A DNA stretch of 63,611 nt, the filler included, from Stramenopiles sp. TOSAG23-3 (lineage: Eukaryota), in assembly GCA_900128585.1 (NCBI GenBank). It is 13 parts of 13 records of this genome, joined end to end, with 100 filler letters (N's around TTAATTAATTAA, not from the genome) between each part and the next. Parts side by side here need not be neighbours in the genome. Positions count along the whole stretch, not along the records: positions 52,465 to 58,901 come from LT643322.1; positions 59,002 to 60,079 come from LT646537.1; positions 60,180 to 61,257 come from LT646538.1; positions 61,358 to 62,434 come from LT646539.1; positions 62,535 to 63,611 come from LT646540.1; 8 more parts are not named here. One strand, 5' to 3'. This document shows, one piece after another, positions 57,946 to 63,611 of the stretch. A model generated the notes under the pieces. It was given only the letters and a program-made list of their open reading frames with translations. It had not been told where the DNA came from and did not search any database. The position numbers and the translations under genes are program-made. The first letter of the stretch is position 1. Each line of letters starts with the position of its first letter.

Positions 57946-58428
57946 TTTCATTTGGGTGAAATGAATTCATTTCACCGAATCCATTATATATTAGAATACA
58001 ATAAAGTGTAGTTATAATATATAAAAATATCCTATTCAATCCCTTTTCTTTTGTTTTTTTACCCAAAAAAAAAAAAAAAAAAAAACAAATCTCAAATTGA
58101 ATGAACCTTAGATCCAAGTTCTTCCAAGTTCAATTAGAAAAGTACACACCATGTAATCCAATACTTTTACACAACAAAAGAAAAGAAAGCATGATCTCAA
58201 GCCTACCCGAACCGAGTCCGTCATTTTTAAAGTCAAACCTTTTCAAGGTGTAAAGTAAGTTAGCGAGTGATTGACTTCTTTGCCTTTCTAGTTCCGATCG
58301 ATCCCATACCGGTTGGACCGACTCAAAATACCCAACCGTTCTGTAACACTGTGAACTACAACAGTTGTTGAAGGGATAGATAGACTTTAAACCGCCTGCC
58401 TGCCTGCCTTCCGGCCTGCGTCCGACCG

Positions 58429-58901
58429 ATGGACCACGACTCCTCGTCTCCCCCCTCCTCGACTACCGTGGGCAAAAGCAACAGCAACATCGGCACCAGC
58501 ACGTCGGTGGGGACGAACTTTGCGCCACTCTTTGGCGACCGCCTTGGGAGCTCCGGCCTCACCCCAGGGGTCAGCGCGAACGCGTGGGAGACGCCCCCCC
58601 CCTTCCCGCCACCCCGCATCCCTCGCCGATGACTTGGCCCCCGCGACGTCCGTGCTGACCGTCGACGACGAGAACGCCCTCGACCTTGACATCGCCGCAG
58701 TGATGAACTCGCAGCTCGGGAGCGAGGGCCTTCCGCCGACCCCGGAGGCGACCACGGGGAAGAAGACGCCCGCCGCCGCCGCCGCCGACGACGCCGCCGC
58801 CCAGGAACCGGCGGCGAAGAAGCCGAAAGAGACCCGGATCTTTCTGTCCGGGGGGCAAGGCGGGAACAACTACGGGAGGCCGGTGAGCTCCGCAGCGTCC
58901 T
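58429..58901 (+). CDS. 5' part of a low-complexity protein gene; apparent frameshift at the C9 run 58594-58602
   Basis: ATG ORF (MDHDSSS) overlaps a second GC-rich frame ending NNYGRP, followed by a possible GTGAG donor. Confidence 0.45.
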
Positions 58902-59869
58902 NNNNNNNNNNNNNNNNNNNNNNNNNNNNNNNNNNNNNNNNNNNNTTAATTAATTAANNNNNNNNNNNNNNNNNNNNNNNNNNNNNNNNNNNNNNNNNNN
59001 NTATAATAATTCATAATTCTCCTATGCTATGTGATGTTATTATATTATGAATTATAACAACACATCTGATTGTTTTTTTTTATGATGTAAACGTTACTCC
59101 TCCTCTTCTTCTTCTTTCTTTCTTTCTCCTTCTTACTATAGTTATATAAACCTGTATTGTGATGCTATTATTATGTTATGTATGACATTCTAGGATAGGA
59201 TCTAGGATGAACGTTGGTCTTTCTTTCTTTCTTTTGAGTTCTTTCTTTCTTTCTTTCTTCTCTTTTCTCTTTTCTTTCTTTCTTTCGACTCTTTCTTTCT
59301 TAGAGAAAGTGGGTGGGGTGAGGTTGGATTGGTTCTTCTTTCTTCTTCTTCTTTCTTTTCTTCTTCTTCTTTCTTCTTCAGAAGAACAACTGGAGAGATA
59401 TATACTTAAGGATATATATATATATATATTATATTATATACTGTGTATATATAAAAGAAGTATACTTTATCATTTTGTTTCATTCTATTTAGTTTTATTC
59501 ATATCATTTATAATAAATCATCTAAATCCATATATATACATACACTTAGCATTTAAAAGGATATCTCATCGTTATCTCTGTAAACACAAATCCTTAATAG
59601 TTGGATTATTTTGTCCATCCCTAATAATAAATAATAATAATTATTTATTATTATTGAATTTTCGCTAAAATTATCCACATCCAGATTATCTATTATTCAT
59701 CGCATTTGTTTCTAGAAGAGATGATGAATCAATTAAATTCAAAACGAAGGGAAAAGATAAGGAAGGATTGGGTTCTTTTGTTAGCTTTTGTCTTTGGGGT
59801 ACTTTCTTACGTTGGATAGACATCGACGAATACAATACGATACATACAATACCCACCCACCTGCCTACC

Positions 59870-60079
59870 ATGTCGTCTCGGAAAGGGGGGAACCGGCGAC
59901 GGGGGAAAAAGAACGCACCGTCCGGGGCAAGCACTTCGAACCCTTCCACCGCTTCCAACCCGTCCACCGCCTCGAATCCTTCCACCACAACCGATGCGGG
60001 TGGAAAACGGTCGAATACCCAATCGTTGGTCGACGAAACGAACGTGCTCCCGTCGTCCTCGAACGTGCTCCCGTCGTCC
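59870..60079 (+). CDS. 5' end of a gene with tandem peptide repeats (SNPSTA x3, NVLPSSS x2), truncated
   Basis: ATG at the AT-to-GC transition; 18-nt and 21-nt in-frame repeats. Confidence 0.55.
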
Positions 60080-60698
60080 NNNNNNNNNNNNNNNNNNNNN
60101 NNNNNNNNNNNNNNNNNNNNNNNTTAATTAATTAANNNNNNNNNNNNNNNNNNNNNNNNNNNNNNNNNNNNNNNNNNNNACTCAAGTCAATTAATCCAGT
60201 TCAAGCGACAAACGTTTAATAAATAACTGGGAAGGTATTTATTTGCAAAAGATTTTTTAAAAATCAAGTGTGAACCGAAGTATTTAAACAAGAACCGTCG
60301 TTTGTCTGTTGGAATACGCGTTCAACGACGCATCGATTGGTTCTATCCTTAAATACGCTTAATAATGATACATTACACAGGCACCACATGTTTCTATAAA
60401 TCCCAATTTGTCATCAAATTCAATATAAAAAAAAATCAACGACGGAACGAAAAGAAGAAGAAAAAAGAGGACCTCAGGAAAGGTTGGGCGCGTAGAGAAA
60501 GTGGAATCTAAGGAAATACGTACCACAATTCTCAATCGATGATTCTTCTCCTTTGAGATTTCTCGTCCAAGTACTAACGTCTATTTATACATTACACAGT
60601 GTTGTAAAACAGCTCTCGTCAGAGGCTACCAACGTTAGGTCGTTTATAAGAATGGAGGTCTTATGGTCCAATCTATGTACATACACTGTTTGTTTTTA

Positions 60699-60849
60699 GC
60701 CCTACCTATTGCATGCTGCTAGCGTGCAATAGGGAGGGCAACAAAAAAAAAATTCGTCGGCCGAGCGCTTCCGGGCACGAATTCGGGCACGAAATGTTTT
60801 TTTTTTAATCCAAGCCTATTGCATGTTGCTAGCGTGCAACAGGGAGGGC
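60699..60849. repeat. Pair of ~35-bp palindromic direct repeats
   Basis: cctattgcatgYtgctagcgtgcaaYagggagggc at 60705 and 60815. Confidence 0.85.
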
Positions 60850-61012
60850 GAAAAGGGAGAAAAAAATAGTCTCTCTTTTTCCTTGCTATTTCTATGGTAA
60901 TTATATTTAACATGGCAACAGCATTTGATACTGACTATTCAGGTAATAGACAATAATTACTACTCCTGGTGTGGAAACCTAAACGCCACTCAGCACCAAA
61001 TGCCAGAATCGA

Positions 61013-61124
61013 TAGAACACGGCTAAACTCTGGTAATGGTATTCCAAGTATTATCGGCCATTTTTTCTTTGTTTTTTGACCGATAATACCTAGAATACCA
61101 TAAACAACGTTTAGCCGTGTTCTA
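61013..61124. repeat. 112-bp foldback hairpin (MITE-like or structured RNA)
   Basis: Perfect 16-bp outer inverted repeat plus a 25-bp inner inverted repeat with 3 mismatches. Confidence 0.85.
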
Positions 61125-61357
61125 CCTCAATGGCCATACGGTGCGACTACGGGACACAGCGTTCGTTTTGTGGTTCGATGTTTATACTAATGCTGTGTTT
61201 ATATTGAAGTATAATACTATTAACATCTCAATAGCAGAGCAAAGTAGGCGATGATAANNNNNNNNNNNNNNNNNNNNNNNNNNNNNNNNNNNNNNNNNNN
61301 NTTAATTAATTAANNNNNNNNNNNNNNNNNNNNNNNNNNNNNNNNNNNNNNNNNNNN

Positions 61358-61459
61358 TGGTCAGAGCCCGATATGCCGGACAGTGCCGGCGATGAATACG
61401 GGGGAAGCGATTTAGACAGCTATTACAGTGAAGGTACAGATTCAAACGTTGGCGACTGA
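61358..61459 (+). CDS. 3' end of an unknown gene (acidic tail)
   Basis: Open frame WSEPDMPDSAGDEYGGSDLDSYYSEGTDSNVGD* then AT-rich DNA. Confidence 0.45.
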   Translation, partial: WSEPDMPDSAGDEYGGSDLDSYYSEGTDSNVGD

Positions 61460-61682
61460 TTATAATTCCGTTTTTTATTTTTGTAACTAATTTAAAACAA
61501 AACAATTGGCTGTTATTTAAGTGTATGATAACTAATTTATTTTTAAAAAACCTAATTCAAAGTAAATTATTCAAAAAAAAAACAACACATATTGTATGGC
61601 ATTGACATATAGAGTAAACATACTAATAATTTGTTTTTTTTTAGAGTAAATGTTTTAAACTCTCACTTTTATATACTAAATT

Positions 61683-61900
61683 AAAAACAAAAAATTGGCT
61701 GTTATTTAGATAGTTAGAGTAATTGAAATATCATACATATATATTTAAAGTATAAGTATCGATTAGTAAGACCAAAAGAGCAAAGATAAGTTCGCAGTTC
61801 ATGAAAGAATGCAAACCTAGAATTTGTCTAAATCTAGATTTCAGTTCGCAGTACATTAATTTTAAATTACACTTAAATAACAGCCAATTTTTCTTGTTTT
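61683..61900. repeat. Most complete copy of the 3'-associated repeat family, bounded by inverted AAACAA-AAATTGGCTGTTATTTA motifs
   Basis: aaaaacaaaaaattggctgttattta (61683) versus taaataacagccaatttttcttgttttt (61874). Confidence 0.7.
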
Positions 61901-62028
61901 TTTTTTTTAAATTAATCGAAAATTGTAGATTTTTTTTACCTTGATTTTAAAAAACAAATTTATATTAGTAAAATGCTACCTTGATTTTAATATTTAATTC
62001 TGATACTTTGTATTCGTCTTTTTCTTTT

Positions 62029-62433
62029 TTAGTTACTATTATTTTTCCCTTGCTCGTATTCGCGAATAATGACAGGCACGCTTGTTGGCGGCATCATGCC
62101 TACTTCTGTTACTATCATTGTTATAAATTTGCTCGGGGTAATATCGTAGGCAATATTCAACAGCTTGAGGTGTTCCATATCTCGCCAATCGCGTAGGACC
62201 CTAGCCCCTTTATCTGTCTCTATCAATTCGTCGGGATTCAGCAATTCGTTGTCAACGATACTGTCCAACTGCACGCGTGGCGTAAACTTATAAGTTTCAC
62301 AGCAAAATATAACTGGTTTTTGGTAATCGTACGCCATCATAGACACCATTGCTGTACCAACCCGAGCCGACGCAGCACCATTCGCCATCATTCCCGATGC
62401 GCCAAGAAAAACTTTCGTAATCTCTTTCATCAC
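62029..62433 (-). CDS. EIF2B4: Translation initiation factor eIF2B delta subunit, C-terminal part
   Basis: VFLGA..MMANG....RVGTA.V, PVI.CCETYKF..RVQLDSI..NEL.NP, LLN..YDITP...I.M.VTEVGM.PPTSVPVIIRE. Confidence 0.92.
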   Translation of the reverse strand: MMKEITKVFLGASGMMANGAASARVGTAMVSMMAYDYQKPVIFCCETYKFTPRVQLDSIVDNELLNPDELIETDKGARVLRDWRDMEHLKLLNIAYDITPSKFITMIVTEVGMMPPTSVPVIIREYEQGKNNSN

Positions 62434-62534
62434 TNNNNNNNNNNNNNNNNNNNNNNNNNNNNNNNNNNNNNNNNNNNNTTAATTAATTAANNNNNNNNNN
62501 NNNNNNNNNNNNNNNNNNNNNNNNNNNNNNNNNN

Positions 62535-62606
62535 TTTGGTTGCGAGCTGCTTGCGTGGGGCTTTACCACCGGTGGATTTGCGTGCGGTTTGCTTTGTGCG
62601 GGCCAT
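62535..62606 (-). CDS. H3: Histone H3, N-terminal 24 codons (missed by the ORF track)
   Basis: MARTKQTARKSTGGKAPRKQLATK. Confidence 0.97.
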
Positions 62607-63481
62607 TTTGTTTATTTGTTTTTAAATATGTATTTATATTATGTTTTGGTTGCTTTCTTTCATTCTTTTTACTCTACGATTCCTCTCGATACAATTTCTT
62701 AGTGGGCGTTGGGTTGGTCGGCGGCCAACTCCTTGTCGGGAAGGACGGCAGTGGGGTTAGTACTCCTCATAATAATAATAAGAAAAAAAAAATTAACAAA
62801 AAAATGGAGGAGGAAGAAGGAAAGTAAAAAAACAAAATAATGGATCATTTAGTATAGAAATAGCAAAGGAGAGGAAATGAAAGAAAACGATGATTTCCTC
62901 TACGATGCTGTGTATATGTATGACAGTATGAAATTAGAAATTTTTGAATTAGTTTCGCGGGTGAATATTAATCCCTATCAAGAATTTATTTGAATAAAAT
63001 AGATCGTATTTCTATGTAAAGAATATCTTAAAACTAGCCTCGTTTTTCTACTTTGAGAATCATTGAGTTTATATATATTATATAAATACAATATAAATAT
63101 ATCCCTTTTGAGTACAATTTATTTAAATTAATACAATTTATACTTATAAGTATACAAAATAGAAAACATAATTTCTTATTAGATTTTATTTTTATTATCG
63201 CGACGGAAGCATTATTCCTTTTTAGAATAGTGTGTATACACCATTGAAATCAAACAAACCTTCTTCTACTTTTTTCTTTCATCTTCCTTCTTCTTCTTCT
63301 CTTCTCTTCTATCTTTTTCTCTCCTCTATTACCTCCTATTAACACAACGAACGATTCACACCACACTTCACTTGAGAAGCAATCACGGGAGGTTGATACT
63401 GACAAGAAAGGTGAAAATAAAGAAGCTAATTTGAAGAAGGAGTGGAAAGAAAACCAACCAAAAAATTATATTAAACTTTAA

Positions 63482-63611
<130 letters not shown>

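Noticed and set aside
58860-58890. SPIRAL1-like call from NNYGRP
   Set aside because: The diagnostic continuation would lie beyond the possible intron and contig end; too little sequence.
60705-60849. CRISPR-like palindromic direct repeats
   Set aside because: Only two copies, ~75-nt low-complexity spacer, eukaryotic context, no cas genes.

Overview
This window is not one locus. It holds 13 unrelated contigs of a eukaryotic draft assembly, joined by 100-nt spacers (N44-TTAATTAATTAA-N44); nine contigs are about 6.45 kb and four about 1.08 kb, in descending length. The DNA is from a gene-dense, intron-poor protist, plausibly a heterotrophic stramenopile (inference only). Coding regions are moderately to strongly GC-rich, while intergenic DNA is very AT-rich and full of GAA/TTC microsatellites. 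Recognisable genes: ERGIC3/Erv46, prefoldin 3, ankyrin protein, TM-LRR-LNR receptor plus a pseudogene paralogue, RIN13-like/PDZ protein, linker-histone-domain protein, GcvH-like protein, MFS_2 transporter, thiol/halide methyltransferase, EF-hand protein, F-box/LRR protein, WW-tailed membrane protein, giant cadherin, PH-Ariadne RBR ligase, TBC1D12/14-like RabGAP, BMT5/DUF2431, TTC4/CNS1, RPL31, eIF2B-delta and a divergent H3-H4 pair. Best leads: (1) two roughly 83%-identical introns in prefoldin 3 (introner-like intron gain); (2) a virus-like cassette of TATATAA-preceded ORFs ending in a truncated PrimPol-type primase; (3) a foldback-like element with seven internal subrepeats upstream of RPL31; (4) a dispersed repeat confined to gene 3' ends; (5) several MITE-like hairpins; (6) a GcvH homologue lacking the lipoyl-lysine motif. 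Two 79-bp inverted contig-end copies and three homopolymer frameshifts are probably technical. All protein calls rest on motif recognition by eye; no searches were run.
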